A stretch of 32,000 nucleotides of DNA from Trichlorobacter lovleyi SZ (lineage in GTDB: Bacteria; Desulfobacterota; Desulfuromonadia; Geobacterales; Pseudopelobacteraceae). The stretch lies in contig NC_010814.1 in NCBI RefSeq assembly GCF_000020385.1, forward strand, positions 660,001 to 692,000, read 5' to 3'. This document shows, piece after piece, positions 8,494 to 18,134 of the stretch (position 1 is the first letter of the stretch; the number at the start of each line of letters is the position of its first letter). Position numbers and translations under genes: made by a program. Below the pieces are notes generated by a model. That model saw only the letters and a list, made by a program, of their open reading frames with translations. It searched no databases and was not told the origin of the DNA.

Positions 8494-10131
8494 ATGAACT
8501 GGCAGATTCAGCAAATACTGCGGCGCAGGCGTGGAGCAGAGACAGGGGCGATTCCGGCAGGGTGTGGTGGCGCGCTCTCGGTCTGTCTGGTCTATCCCAA
8601 TCACTATGCCGTGGCCATGAGCAGCCTGGGATTCCAAACGGTCTACAAGCTGTTCAATGATCAGCCGGATCTGGTCTGTGAACGTGCTTTTCTGCCGGAC
8701 CGGGATGAACTGGATGCCTACCTGAAATCAGGGGATACGCTGGTGTCGCTGGAGAACGAACGACCGTTGTCCGACTTTGATCTGGTCGCTTTTTCAATCT
8801 CGTTTGAGCCTGATTTTGTAAACATTCCGCGCATCCTTAAACTGGCACGCATCCCTTCCTGTGCCGCTGACCGCACTGGTGCTGACCCGCTGGTGATTGC
8901 CGGAGGTGCCGCTTTTCTGATCAATCCTGAACCTGCAGCCGAGTTTTTTGACCTGATTGCCTTTGGCGAGGGTGAGGCTCTGATTCCTCCCCTGGCTGCG
9001 CTGTGTGTGCAGCATGTCGCTGCAAGCCGAGAGATGTTGCTGCAAGAGCTTGGCAGACTGGCGGGCAGTTATCTCCCTGCAGCCGGGCATGATACAGCGG
9101 TCCAAAGGATTACGGCCCCTGCAGCAGCGCCACCGGCCTGCTCAGTGCTGCTGACCGACGAAACCGAGTTCGGCAACATGTTTTTGGTGGAGGTCAGTCG
9201 GGGCTGCCCGCGCGGTTGCCGATTCTGTGCTGCAGGCTTTGTGTATCAGCCATTTCGCCAACAACCGCTGGAGTTGCTCAAGGCAGCAGTACTTGAAGGG
9301 CTTCAGCATCGTAAGACCATCGGTCTGGTCGGTGCGGCCGTCTCTGATCACCGCAGTATTGAGGCGCTTTGCAATTTTATTGTTGAACAGGACGGTTCTC
9401 CGTCCTTATCCTCGCTGCGGGTGGACCGATTAACGCCTCATATGCTTGAACTGCTGGCCAAATCAGGCCACCGCACAATCTCGCTGGCGCCGGAAGGCGG
9501 GTCGCAGCGGATGCGCGATTTAATTCGCAAGAACCTGACTGCCGACCAGATCCTGGATGCTGCAGAGGCGGTAGCCCGGGCCGGTATTCTGAACCTGCGG
9601 CTGTATTTTATTATCGGTCTGCCGGGTGAGAATGATCAGGATCTGGAAGAGCTGGTCAAGCTGACGGCGGCCATCAAAGAGAGGGTGGTTGAACAGGCCC
9701 GGCGGCATAAACGTCTGGGAGAAATCACCCTGTCGGTTAACCCGTTTATTCCGAAGCCGTTTACGCCCCTGCAGTGGGCCGGCATGTGCCCGCTGGAGGA
9801 GTTGAAACGCAAGGTAGCCTGGCTTGAAAAGCGGATCAGGCCGCTTGCCAATCTGCGCCTGAAGGTGGAAGATCTGCATGGCTGTGTGCTGCAAGCGCTG
9901 TTGTCGCGGGGCGGCCGTGAACTGACTCCCCTGCTGCTGCAGATGGCGGAAGGGTTGAACCTCAGAAAGGCTGCGAAACTCTGCGGGATTGATGTGGAGG
10001 CCTGCGTTACCAGAATCTATGCGCCGGATGAAAAACTGGTCTGGGAAGTCGCACCTGTTGCGGACAGGGAGCGGCTGCTGACCGAGTATCAGGCTGCAAT
10101 GAAGCAGCTGCCGGAGGAACAAACACCATGA
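8494..10131 (+). CDS. Radical SAM enzyme with an N-terminal B12-binding-like domain (uncharacterized family, TIGR03960-like by eye)
   Basis: 545 aa. Canonical CxxxCxxC (VSRGCPRGCRFCAAGF). The N-terminal Rossmann-like region (VCLVYPNHYAVAMSSLGFQTVYKLFN...PLVIAGGAAF...FGEGE) is typical of B12-binding-domain radical SAM proteins. The family assignment is from memory and was not searched. Confidence 0.85.
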   Translation: MNWQIQQILRRRRGAETGAIPAGCGGALSVCLVYPNHYAVAMSSLGFQTVYKLFNDQPDLVCERAFLPDRDELDAYLKSGDTLVSLENERPLSDFDLVAFSISFEPDFVNIPRILKLARIPSCAADRTGADPLVIAGGAAFLINPEPAAEFFDLIAFGEGEALIPPLAALCVQHVAASREMLLQELGRLAGSYLPAAGHDTAVQRITAPAAAPPACSVLLTDETEFGNMFLVEVSRGCPRGCRFCAAGFVYQPFRQQPLELLKAAVLEGLQHRKTIGLVGAAVSDHRSIEALCNFIVEQDGSPSLSSLRVDRLTPHMLELLAKSGHRTISLAPEGGSQRMRDLIRKNLTADQILDAAEAVARAGILNLRLYFIIGLPGENDQDLEELVKLTAAIKERVVEQARRHKRLGEITLSVNPFIPKPFTPLQWAGMCPLEELKRKVAWLEKRIRPLANLRLKVEDLHGCVLQALLSRGGRELTPLLLQMAEGLNLRKAAKLCGIDVEACVTRIYAPDEKLVWEVAPVADRERLLTEYQAAMKQLPEEQTP

Positions 10132-10310
10132 AGCAGTGTAGTATCTGCGGTGCCGACTATGATGAGACGGTCCCGCTTGATTCGGTCTTTCACGAGGCCG
10201 GTGCCTGGCTTGCTGAAGAGGTCTGGCAGGATGCCGGGCAACTCTGTCCACGCTGCCTGGAAAACCGGGCGCAACTTGCCATGATGTATGCCCATGACTG
10301 CAACCAGTAA
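10128..10310 (+). CDS. 60-aa Cys-rich (zinc-ribbon-like) small protein, translationally coupled to the radical SAM gene
   Basis: The ATG overlaps the radical SAM TGA (ATGA at 10128..10131). The product MKQCSICGADYDE...QLCPRCLENRAQLAMMYAHDCNQ has CxxC...CxxC plus a fifth Cys near the C-terminus. Codon usage looks like that of the neighbouring genes. No homology search was possible. Confidence 0.55.
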   Translation: MKQCSICGADYDETVPLDSVFHEAGAWLAEEVWQDAGQLCPRCLENRAQLAMMYAHDCNQ

Positions 10311-10381
10311 TGTCTGTACCGGTTCGCCATCTGCATATACGGCGCTGAGTGTTGTCTGGGATCTGACCGTGTACCGGTGCT

Positions 10382-10427
10382 GGAATATGCAAACGGCCTT
10401 CATAAGTGAAGGCCGTTTGCATATTCC
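10382..10427. terminator. Perfect 21-bp inverted repeat between convergent genes (probable bidirectional terminator or RNA-stabilising hairpin)
   Basis: GGAATATGCAAACGGCCTTCA (10382..10402), loop TAAG, TGAAGGCCGTTTGCATATTCC (10407..10427). It lies between the 60-aa ORF (plus strand) and ftsZ (minus strand). There is no clear U-tract on either side, so the intrinsic-terminator call is tentative. Confidence 0.5.
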
Positions 10428-10442
10428 TGTTCAGGGCAGCGC

Positions 10443-11606
10443 TTAATCCACCGACTTCCTCAGAAACGTAGGGATGTCGTAGGCGTCTTCGTCGTCAAAG
10501 GAGACTGAACCGACGTGGCGGGTGGGGCGCGGTCCCTCAGTCTTTTGACGGTCGCGGATGAAGGTCGGCGTATCGATGCTGACAACGGTGGTCGGTTTTG
10601 CAACGGCGGCAATGCTGTTGAAGTTGCGATTGCGCTCGGTCTCGCCGAATTTGTCGCCAAAGCCGGTCACAATGGCAGTTACCTTGATGGTTTCACCCAT
10701 GGTCTCGTCAATCACCACACCGATGATGATGTTGGCATCTTCATGGACCTTTTCGTGAACGGTCTTGTTGACCGCATCAAAGTCATCCATGGTCATGCTT
10801 GAGGAACCAGTGATGTTGACCAGCACCCCTTTGGCCCCAGAGACGTCAATATCTTCAAGCAGTGGCGAAGAGATTGCCTTGACAGCTGCTTCGATGGCCC
10901 GGTTGTCGCCTTCAGCGATGCCGATACCCATCATGGCCATACCGCGCTCACTCATGATCGCTTTTACGTCGGCAAAGTCAACGTTGATGAAGCCCGAGGT
11001 GGTGATCAGGTCTGAGATGCCCTGTACCGCCTGACGCAGGACGTCATCGGCAGGTTTGAAGGCGTCAAGGATGCCTAAGGAGCGTGGGGCAATGCTGATC
11101 AGGCGATCATTGGGGATGATGATCAGTGAGTCAACATGTTGTTTCAGGGCCCGGACACCTTCGTCCGCCTTGGCCATCCGCTGTTTGCCTTCACGGGAGA
11201 ACGGTTTTGTGACAATACCGACGGTGAGTGCACCGGCTTCGCGGGCCGCCTCTGCAATAACCGGTGCTGCGCCGGTACCGGTGCCGCCACCCATACCGGC
11301 TGCGATGAAGATCATGTCGGCACCCTTCAGCATGTCAACCAGTTTGTCCTTGTCTTCCAGGGCTGCATCACGACCGACATTGGGGTTGGCCCCGGCGCCA
11401 AGTCCCTTGGTCAGCTGGCCGCCCAACTGAACTTTTACCGGTGCCTTTGAGGAGCGGAGTGCCTGGGCATCGGTATTGGCAACAATAAATTCCACCTTGT
11501 TCATGCCGCTGGCCACCATGGTGTTAACGGCATTGCCGCCGCCGCCACCTACTCCGATGACCTTGATGACCGCACTCTGCTCGATGGTCTCGTCAAATTC
11601 GAACAT
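10443..11606 (-). CDS. ftsZ: Cell division GTPase FtsZ
   Basis: [13 protein letters not shown] tubulin signature, [10 protein letters not shown], and the conserved C-terminal peptide DIPTFLRK. The track ORF starts at 11630. I prefer the ATG at 11606 (MFEFDE...) because GGGGGAG lies just upstream. Confidence 0.97.
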   Translation of the reverse strand: MFEFDETIEQSAVIKVIGVGGGGGNAVNTMVASGMNKVEFIVANTDAQALRSSKAPVKVQLGGQLTKGLGAGANPNVGRDAALEDKDKLVDMLKGADMIFIAAGMGGGTGTGAAPVIAEAAREAGALTVGIVTKPFSREGKQRMAKADEGVRALKQHVDSLIIIPNDRLISIAPRSLGILDAFKPADDVLRQAVQGISDLITTSGFINVDFADVKAIMSERGMAMMGIGIAEGDNRAIEAAVKAISSPLLEDIDVSGAKGVLVNITGSSSMTMDDFDAVNKTVHEKVHEDANIIIGVVIDETMGETIKVTAIVTGFGDKFGETERNRNFNSIAAVAKPTTVVSIDTPTFIRDRQKTEGPRPTRHVGSVSFDDEDAYDIPTFLRKSVD

Positions 11607-11689
11607 CCGCTCCCCCTTGTGTAGTGTCAAGATAAGTTGTCAGGGCTGCCTTCATGCTTGGTACGATCCCATAGCGCCCGGGTGTATGC

Positions 11690-12925
11690 TTAGAAAAACT
11701 CGCGGAACCAACTTTTCATCCGCCGTGTGGCGGTATTGAAGATGCTGTCTTCCGACTTGGCAGCTGGAAACTCGCGCGGCCCCTGATTGCGGCTGCCGTA
11801 GACGATCAAGCCAACTCCGGTTGAATATACTGGTGAATTGACGACGTCGGTGAGCCCCCCGATACGTTGGGGCAGACCGCGCCGGACCGGCAGGTTAAAG
11901 ATCTGCTCAGCCAGCTCAGGCATGCCTTCAAGTATACTCGATCCACCGGTAATTACAACCCCAGATGCAATGGAGTCTTCCAGTCCTGACTTGATAATTT
12001 CCCGATTCACTAAGGAAAACAACTCCTCAACCCGTGGTCCTAAAATTTCACATAATACATTGCGGGACAGTTCGCGCGGCTTGCGTCCCCCCACACTGGG
12101 TACTTCGATCTTTTCGTCCTTACCCACCAGGGCGGACAGACAGCAGCCCTGGTTGCGTTTGATCTTTTCCGCCTCTGCAAACGGTGTGCGCAGCCCCACC
12201 GCGATGTCGTTGGTCAGCTGATTACCCCCCAGCGAGATAACGGAAGTGTACTTAATGGCGCCATCACCAAAAATGGCGATATCGGTGGTACCGCCGCCGA
12301 TATCAACCAGGCAGACCCCCAGCTCTTTTTCATCGGCTGACAGGACCGCCTCCGATGAGGCAAGCTGTTCAAGCACGATATCCGCAACATCAAGACCGGC
12401 CCGGTTGCATGATTTGACGATGTTCTGCGCGCTGGCAACCGCACCGGTGACGATATGCACCTTGGCCTCCAGCCGGACGCCGCTCATTCCCAGCGGTTCG
12501 CGGATACCGTCCTGCTCATCAATGATGAACTCCTGAGGCAGAATATGGATCACTTCGCGGTCCATCGGGATGGCGATCGCCTTGGCCGCATCAATCACCC
12601 GCTTGACATCCTCCTGCGACACTTCGCGGTTTTTGATAGCGATGACACCCTGGGAGTTGATCCCTTTGATATGACCACCGGCAATGCCGGCGTAGACCGA
12701 TTTGATCTCGCAACCGGCCATCAGCTCGGCCTCTTCAATGGCCTTCTTGATGGAGGTCACGGTACTTTCGATGTTGATGACCACACCCTTGCGCAGGCCG
12801 CTGGAGGGACTGGTGCCGATACCGACGATTTCAATGCCGTCTTCGGTATGATTGCCGACAATGGCACAGATCTTGGTTGTACCGATATCCAGGCCAACGA
12901 TCAGGTTGTCTCTTTTGGCGGACAT
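11690..12925 (-). CDS. ftsA: Cell division protein FtsA (actin-like ATPase)
   Basis: 411 aa: LIVGLDIGTTKICAIVG, DIGGGTTDIAIF, and VITGGSS motifs. It sits between ftsQ and ftsZ. Confidence 0.96.
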   Translation of the reverse strand: MSAKRDNLIVGLDIGTTKICAIVGNHTEDGIEIVGIGTSPSSGLRKGVVINIESTVTSIKKAIEEAELMAGCEIKSVYAGIAGGHIKGINSQGVIAIKNREVSQEDVKRVIDAAKAIAIPMDREVIHILPQEFIIDEQDGIREPLGMSGVRLEAKVHIVTGAVASAQNIVKSCNRAGLDVADIVLEQLASSEAVLSADEKELGVCLVDIGGGTTDIAIFGDGAIKYTSVISLGGNQLTNDIAVGLRTPFAEAEKIKRNQGCCLSALVGKDEKIEVPSVGGRKPRELSRNVLCEILGPRVEELFSLVNREIIKSGLEDSIASGVVITGGSSILEGMPELAEQIFNLPVRRGLPQRIGGLTDVVNSPVYSTGVGLIVYGSRNQGPREFPAAKSEDSIFNTATRRMKSWFREFF

Positions 12926-12960
12926 GTTATTCCTCCCATGTAAGGACTGAACAGACCTGT

Positions 12961-13791
12961 TCAGCCCTTTTTGACCACGATCCGGTCGCTGTAGTCCAGG
13001 TCAATGTACTGCAGCCCCGGCCGTTGTGTCATCAGATTCTGGTAAATACGTGCAAAGCGTTGCAGTTTTTTGTCGAAGTCATCGGTTCCGATTTTTACAG
13101 GCAGGGCACCGGCAGTGGTATACAGCGTAAAACCGTGGCCCCTATCGTAATGAATCTCGGATACATCCGCAAGGATAAATGATCCGTGTTGTTTCAGAGC
13201 GGCAATCAGATCACAGGCTGTTTTGAGTGCGTCTTTGGTTGCTGCCGGATCATTGTTCAGGTCCTCCTCGGCGATGCCGGTCACCACCGGGAAGTCGAGG
13301 CTGTCTCCAAAGTTAAGCGGTTTGAACGGTTCACCCTTGTCATCCAGATAGTACAGCAGCCCCATGTTGATGACCGCTACGGGACGCCGCTCGGTGATGC
13401 TGACGGCAATGGTCCCCGGGAAAAAACGCTGGACGCGCACCGAGGCTACCCAGGGATTGGATGAGACCTGTTGGCCGATGGTCTTGAGGCGCAACGTCAG
13501 CAGATTCTGGCCCGCCGTGACGCCGGTCAGTGCCACAATCTCATCGTGCGTCAGCCGCTGCGTACCCCTGACTTCCACTTTCTGAACCGGAAAGGTGGTT
13601 GCCTTTGACAGTGCATGCACCGAGGCTGCCAGCAGACCGCCGATCAAAACCAGAAGACCGGCCCTGCTGCCGATCCGCATCAACGGCAACAGGTATTTGC
13701 GCAGGTCAACCGGTTCCTTCTTGACCTTCAGCTTATTCGACGCCACTTTTTTCCCTTTGTGGCTGCCGATATGCCTCAGATCGGTCATCAC
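12961..13791 (-). CDS. ftsQ: Cell division protein FtsQ (POTRA domain)
   Basis: 276 aa with a basic N-terminus, one TM segment ([13 protein letters not shown]), then a POTRA-like [20 protein letters not shown]. It sits between ddl and ftsA. The start is either GTG at 13791 or ATG at 13788, and both overlap the ddl stop. Confidence 0.9.
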   Translation of the reverse strand: MMTDLRHIGSHKGKKVASNKLKVKKEPVDLRKYLLPLMRIGSRAGLLVLIGGLLAASVHALSKATTFPVQKVEVRGTQRLTHDEIVALTGVTAGQNLLTLRLKTIGQQVSSNPWVASVRVQRFFPGTIAVSITERRPVAVINMGLLYYLDDKGEPFKPLNFGDSLDFPVVTGIAEEDLNNDPAATKDALKTACDLIAALKQHGSFILADVSEIHYDRGHGFTLYTTAGALPVKIGTDDFDKKLQRFARIYQNLMTQRPGLQYIDLDYSDRIVVKKG

Positions 13792-14729
13792 CCCGCCTGA
13801 CCCGTCTTGAGTGCTGCCGAGCAGGCGATCTGCTCCACCAGCGCTTCAAATGAAAGACCGGCACCTTTTTGTGCAATCTCCGGCAGAAGCGACAGGGCGG
13901 TCATGCCGGGCAGGGTGTTGACCTCCAACAGGTAGCAGTCACCGTTTTCAGTAACCAGAAAGTCCACCCGGCAGTAACCGTCACAGCCCAACGCCTGATG
14001 TGCCTGCAATCCTTGCTGTTGTACTTTTTGGTAGAGCGGCTCGGCAAGGCGGGCAGGGAAAATATGCTCAGCCATGCCGTCACTGTATTTGGCCTCAAAA
14101 TCGTAGAACTCGTTCTTTGGTACGATCTCGATGGCGCCGATCGGTTGATTCGCCAGAATGCCGACCTGGACCTCCTGGCCTTTGATGTACTTTTCCACCA
14201 GTACCAGTGTGTCATAGCGGAAGGCCTCATCCAGGGCGGCCTGAAGATCCTCCGGTTTTTTCACGATGGTGACACCGACTGACGAGCCTTCCTGAACCGG
14301 CTTGACCACCACCGGCAGGCCGAACGGCAGTTGTTCTGCGTTACAACGGTCTCCCTGTCTGACTGTCGCATAGGGGGTGATGGTCAGACCGGCAGCGGCA
14401 AAGGCCTGCTTGCTGTAGAGCTTGTGCATGGCAAGGGCACTGGCCAGCACACCGGAGCCGGTATAGGGGATCTGCATCAGTTCCAGCAGCCCCTGAATAC
14501 AGCCATCCTCGCCGTAGCGGCCGTGCAGTGCAATGAAGGCCAGATCGATCTTTTCTTCACGCAGTATGAGGGCCACGTTGTGGCGCACATCGAGGGCCGT
14601 GCTGTCATAGCCCATTGCCAGCAAGGCCTGATGGACTGCCATGCCGCTTTTGAGCGAGACATCCCGTTCAGCCGACAGCCCCCCCATCAACACACCGATC
14701 CGTTTCTGTTTCAGTTCGTCACGCGTCAT
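13788..14729 (-). CDS. ddl: D-alanine--D-alanine ligase
   Basis: [34 protein letters not shown] and the ATP-grasp signature through EVNTLPGMT. The track start is GTG at 14738. I prefer the ATG at 14729, which forms an ATGA overlap with the murB stop. Confidence 0.96.
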   Translation of the reverse strand: MTRDELKQKRIGVLMGGLSAERDVSLKSGMAVHQALLAMGYDSTALDVRHNVALILREEKIDLAFIALHGRYGEDGCIQGLLELMQIPYTGSGVLASALAMHKLYSKQAFAAAGLTITPYATVRQGDRCNAEQLPFGLPVVVKPVQEGSSVGVTIVKKPEDLQAALDEAFRYDTLVLVEKYIKGQEVQVGILANQPIGAIEIVPKNEFYDFEAKYSDGMAEHIFPARLAEPLYQKVQQQGLQAHQALGCDGYCRVDFLVTENGDCYLLEVNTLPGMTALSLLPEIAQKGAGLSFEALVEQIACSAALKTGQAG

Positions 14730-15634
14730 TGCCCGCACTCCCCGCTGTCAAGCAGTTGCACTTCTTCCTCAAGCTCGATACCACACGTTGCCTTAACCCG
14801 TTCCTTGACTGCTGCCGCCAGTGCCCGAAAATCTGCAGCAGTTGCATTGCCGCGATTTATCAGGAAGTTGGTATGTACTTCACTTACCTGGGCATTCCCG
14901 ATACTGAACCCACGTAAACCGGCCTGGTCAATCAGGCGCCAGGCAGACTCGCCGGGCGGATTTTTAAAAAACGAACCGGCATTGGGAAACTTCACATTTT
15001 GTGTAGCCCAGCGCAGCCCCAGCTGCTCTTCCATCCTGCTGCGCACCGCCTGAAGCGAGTCTTCGGACAGCTGTAACGTGACCGCGACGATCACGCTATT
15101 GTCAGGAATCTCAAAACAGCGGTAACCGTAGGTCAGCTGCTCACGCGGCAGTTCTCTGAACTGTCCCTGATCCAGCAGTGTCACGGTTTTCACGACACTG
15201 AAGATATCACTGCCATGGGCGCCGGCGTTCATCCGCACCGCCCCCCCCACGCTGCCCGGAATACCGATCAGAAACTCAATACCGCTCAGGCCGAGTTCTG
15301 CCACAGCCCGCGCCAGGGATTGGTTGCTGGCCCCTGCCTCAATGGCCACAACGGTGTCGTCAAGCTGCAGCCGGTTGATCTGCTTCAAGGAGATGGCACA
15401 ACCGCGGTAGCCAACATCACTTGGTAGCAGGTTAAAACCGCCTCCCAGTACGAAACGTGGAATTTGCTGCTGATCCAGCAGTGTCACCAGCTGTTGCAGC
15501 TCTTCCCGCGAATCGGGGGTCGCCAGCAGATCCACCGGCCCCCCCACCTTCAGCGAGACATGTCTGGCAAGCGGCTCATGAAACAGCAGCTCTCCCTTGA
15601 ACCAGTCCCTGATATGTTCAAGACCGGCATGCAT
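14726..15634 (-). CDS. murB: UDP-N-acetylenolpyruvoylglucosamine reductase
   Basis: 302 aa with an FAD-binding PCMH domain ([18 protein letters not shown]) and the MurB C-terminal motifs GSFFKNP and HTNFLIN. Confidence 0.96.
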   Translation of the reverse strand: MHAGLEHIRDWFKGELLFHEPLARHVSLKVGGPVDLLATPDSREELQQLVTLLDQQQIPRFVLGGGFNLLPSDVGYRGCAISLKQINRLQLDDTVVAIEAGASNQSLARAVAELGLSGIEFLIGIPGSVGGAVRMNAGAHGSDIFSVVKTVTLLDQGQFRELPREQLTYGYRCFEIPDNSVIVAVTLQLSEDSLQAVRSRMEEQLGLRWATQNVKFPNAGSFFKNPPGESAWRLIDQAGLRGFSIGNAQVSEVHTNFLINRGNATAADFRALAAAVKERVKATCGIELEEEVQLLDSGECGQ

Positions 15635-17004
15635 CAGAGCCTCTTCACCAGAGCTTCGCCGGCTTGCCAGATATTGCCGGCCCCCAGGGTGATCACGATG
15701 TCGCCTTCTTTGACGATCCCGGCCAGGTAATCAGGCAGGTCGTTCCGATCGGCAATGTAGGTCACGTCCCGCTGGCCATGGCGGCGGGTCTCTTCGGCCA
15801 GACGCTCGGCTGAAACACCGGGGATCGGCTGCTCGCTGGCAGCGTAGATATCGGTCAGTACCAATACGTCGGCATCATAGAAACAGGTGACAAACTCGTT
15901 AAACAACTCCTTGGTGCGACTGTAGCGGTGGGGCTGGAACGCCACCACCAGGCGACGCTCGGGCCAGCCATTACGTGCCGCCCCCAGGGTGGCCCGGATC
16001 TCGGCAGGGTGGTGGCCATAGTCATCCACCACCATGATCCCGTTTTTCTCTCCTTTGACCGTGAAACGACGACCAACACCACCAAACTGGGCAAAACCTT
16101 CCTGGATCTTGTCGAACGGCACATCCAGCTCCAGCGCCACAGCGGTACAGGCCAGGGCGTTCAGTACGTTATGGGCACCCGGCATATTGAAGCTGATTTC
16201 ACCCAGACGATAGCCCTTGTAGTGGGCGGTAAAGGTGGTTTGAAAACCGTCCAGCTTGACATGGGTCGCCCGCAGGTCGGCCTGGGACGAGAGTCCGTAG
16301 GTCATGAACCGTTTCTTGATCCGGGGGATGATCTCGTTAATATTGCGGTCTTCCTGGCAAAGCACCGCCAGACCATAGAACGGCACCTTGTTGATAAAGG
16401 AGACAAAGGTGTCTTTAATCTGCTCCAACCCGCCGGTGTAGTAATCCAGATGGTCGGCATCGATGTTGGTTACCACGGCAATGGTGGGGGAGAGGGTCAG
16501 GAATGAACCATCCGACTCATCGGCCTCAGCCACCAGAAATTTGCCCTGTCCCAGCTTGGCATTGCTGCCCAGGGTGTTCAGTTTGCCGCCGATCACGATG
16601 GTCGGGTCGATCCCGGCATGGGTCAGCACCGTGGCCACCATGGAGGTGGTGGTGGTCTTGCCGTGGGTACCGGCAATGGCAATGCCGTACTTCATCCGCA
16701 TCAGCTCTGCCAGCATCTCTGCCCGCGGGATGACCGGTACCATGCGATGCTTGGCCTCGATCACCTCCGGATTGTCACTCTGCACCGCTGTTGAGGTGAC
16801 CACCACATCCACGTTGGTCAGATTTTCTGCGGCGTGGCCGATGCAGATCTCACCACCCAGGCTGCGCAACCGTTCAGTGGTATCGCTCTCCCGCAGGTCG
16901 GAACCGGATACCTGGTACCCCAGGTTCAGCAGCACTTCGGCAATACCGCTCATGCCGATGCCGCCAATACCTACAAAGTGGATCTTTTCTATGTTTCCGT
17001 ACAT
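15634..17004 (-). CDS. murC: UDP-N-acetylmuramate--L-alanine ligase
   Basis: 456 aa: [23 protein letters not shown] and [11 protein letters not shown] (Mur ligase P-loop). The stop overlaps the murB ATG by 1 nt. Confidence 0.97.
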   Translation of the reverse strand: MYGNIEKIHFVGIGGIGMSGIAEVLLNLGYQVSGSDLRESDTTERLRSLGGEICIGHAAENLTNVDVVVTSTAVQSDNPEVIEAKHRMVPVIPRAEMLAELMRMKYGIAIAGTHGKTTTTSMVATVLTHAGIDPTIVIGGKLNTLGSNAKLGQGKFLVAEADESDGSFLTLSPTIAVVTNIDADHLDYYTGGLEQIKDTFVSFINKVPFYGLAVLCQEDRNINEIIPRIKKRFMTYGLSSQADLRATHVKLDGFQTTFTAHYKGYRLGEISFNMPGAHNVLNALACTAVALELDVPFDKIQEGFAQFGGVGRRFTVKGEKNGIMVVDDYGHHPAEIRATLGAARNGWPERRLVVAFQPHRYSRTKELFNEFVTCFYDADVLVLTDIYAASEQPIPGVSAERLAEETRRHGQRDVTYIADRNDLPDYLAGIVKEGDIVITLGAGNIWQAGEALVKRL

Positions 17005-18134
17005 GGCTGTACCCCTTCCAGCATCTGGTCAACAATAACCCTGGCTGCATCCAGCCGGGCCAGGGCAGCGGCATTTTCACCAATCAGTTTCAGTGCGTCG
17101 CGGTTCTCCATCAGCCTGGCAATGGCCTCGGACAACCCTTTGCCGCCGATCTCCTGTTCCACCAGCATCTCACAGGCCCCTTTTTTCAGCAGGGCCTCGG
17201 CGTTCTTGCGTTGATGGTCATCAGTGGCATGGGGAAACGGCACAAACAGGCAGGCCTTGCCCAGTGCCGTCACCTCGGCAATGGTGGTGGCCCCTGCGCG
17301 GCAGATGATCAGATCGGCCTGCCGGTAGGCGGTTGCCATGTCGTCAATAAAGGGGCGGACATCAGCCTCAAGGCCGTTTGCCTGATAGGCTGCCTGGACC
17401 TGCTGCAGGTCTGCCTCACCGGTCTGGTGGATGATCTTTATCAGCCTCTGCTGTTTGGGACTCAACTGTGCCACAGCCTGGGGGAGCGCTACATTCAGGG
17501 CATGGGCACCTTGGCTGCCCCCAAAGATGAAGAGGTTAAATCCCCTCTGCTCGCACGGCTCGCTTCCCCCCTTTAGCAAAGGGGGGATTGAGGGAGGATT
17601 TTCTGTTTCTGTCTGTGTCAGCATTTCAAGGATCTGTTTTCTGAGCGGGTTGCCGGTCAGCAGCGTGCAGTCCTTTGGAAAGAACTTTGCCGACTCTTCC
17701 AGAGAGATAAAGACCTTGTTGGCAACCCGGGACAGGACCTTGTTGGACATGCCGGGCAGGGCGTTCTGTTCATGGATATAGCGTGGAATCTCCATCCCCC
17801 GCGCTGCCATTACCATCGGCAGAGAGGCATACCCGCCTACCCCCAGCACCAGATCCGGTTGAAAACGATGCAGGATTTTACGGGACTGGGCGTAGCCATA
17901 GATCATCATGGCCGCCCCTTTCAGCTTGGCCAGGCTGCCTTTGCCGCGAATTCCGGCGGCCGAGATCAACTCCAGCTGATAGCCAAGACGTGGGATGGCC
18001 CGTGCCTCGATGCCCCGCTCTGATCCGACAAACAGCACCTGGTTGGCGGGATCCCGCGACAGAAACTCTTCCGCCACTGCAATGCCGGGAAAAAGGTGTC
18101 CGCCAGTGCCGCCACCGGCTACAATCAGTTTCAT
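16989..18134 (-). CDS. murG: UDP-N-acetylglucosamine--N-acetylmuramyl-(pentapeptide) pyrophosphoryl-undecaprenol N-acetylglucosamine transferase
   Basis: 381 aa: [23 protein letters not shown] and GGSQGA motifs. It overlaps the ftsW stop (4 nt) and the murC start (16 nt). The inter-domain linker is long (see findings). Confidence 0.96.
   Translation of the reverse strand: MKLIVAGGGTGGHLFPGIAVAEEFLSRDPANQVLFVGSERGIEARAIPRLGYQLELISAAGIRGKGSLAKLKGAAMMIYGYAQSRKILHRFQPDLVLGVGGYASLPMVMAARGMEIPRYIHEQNALPGMSNKVLSRVANKVFISLEESAKFFPKDCTLLTGNPLRKQILEMLTQTETENPPSIPPLLKGGSEPCEQRGFNLFIFGGSQGAHALNVALPQAVAQLSPKQQRLIKIIHQTGEADLQQVQAAYQANGLEADVRPFIDDMATAYRQADLIICRAGATTIAEVTALGKACLFVPFPHATDDHQRKNAEALLKKGACEMLVEQEIGGKGLSEAIARLMENRDALKLIGENAAALARLDAARVIVDQMLEGVQPCTET

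Noticed and set aside
10128-10310. Reading the 60-aa Cys-rich ORF as a RiPP precursor peptide for the adjacent radical SAM enzyme.
   Set aside because: The CxxC...CxxC spacing looks like a structural zinc ribbon rather than a leader plus Cys-rich core. No SPASM or twitch auxiliary-cluster motifs are obvious in the enzyme's C-terminus, and no protease, transporter or RiPP recognition element gene is nearby. I keep it only as a minor alternative within the finding.
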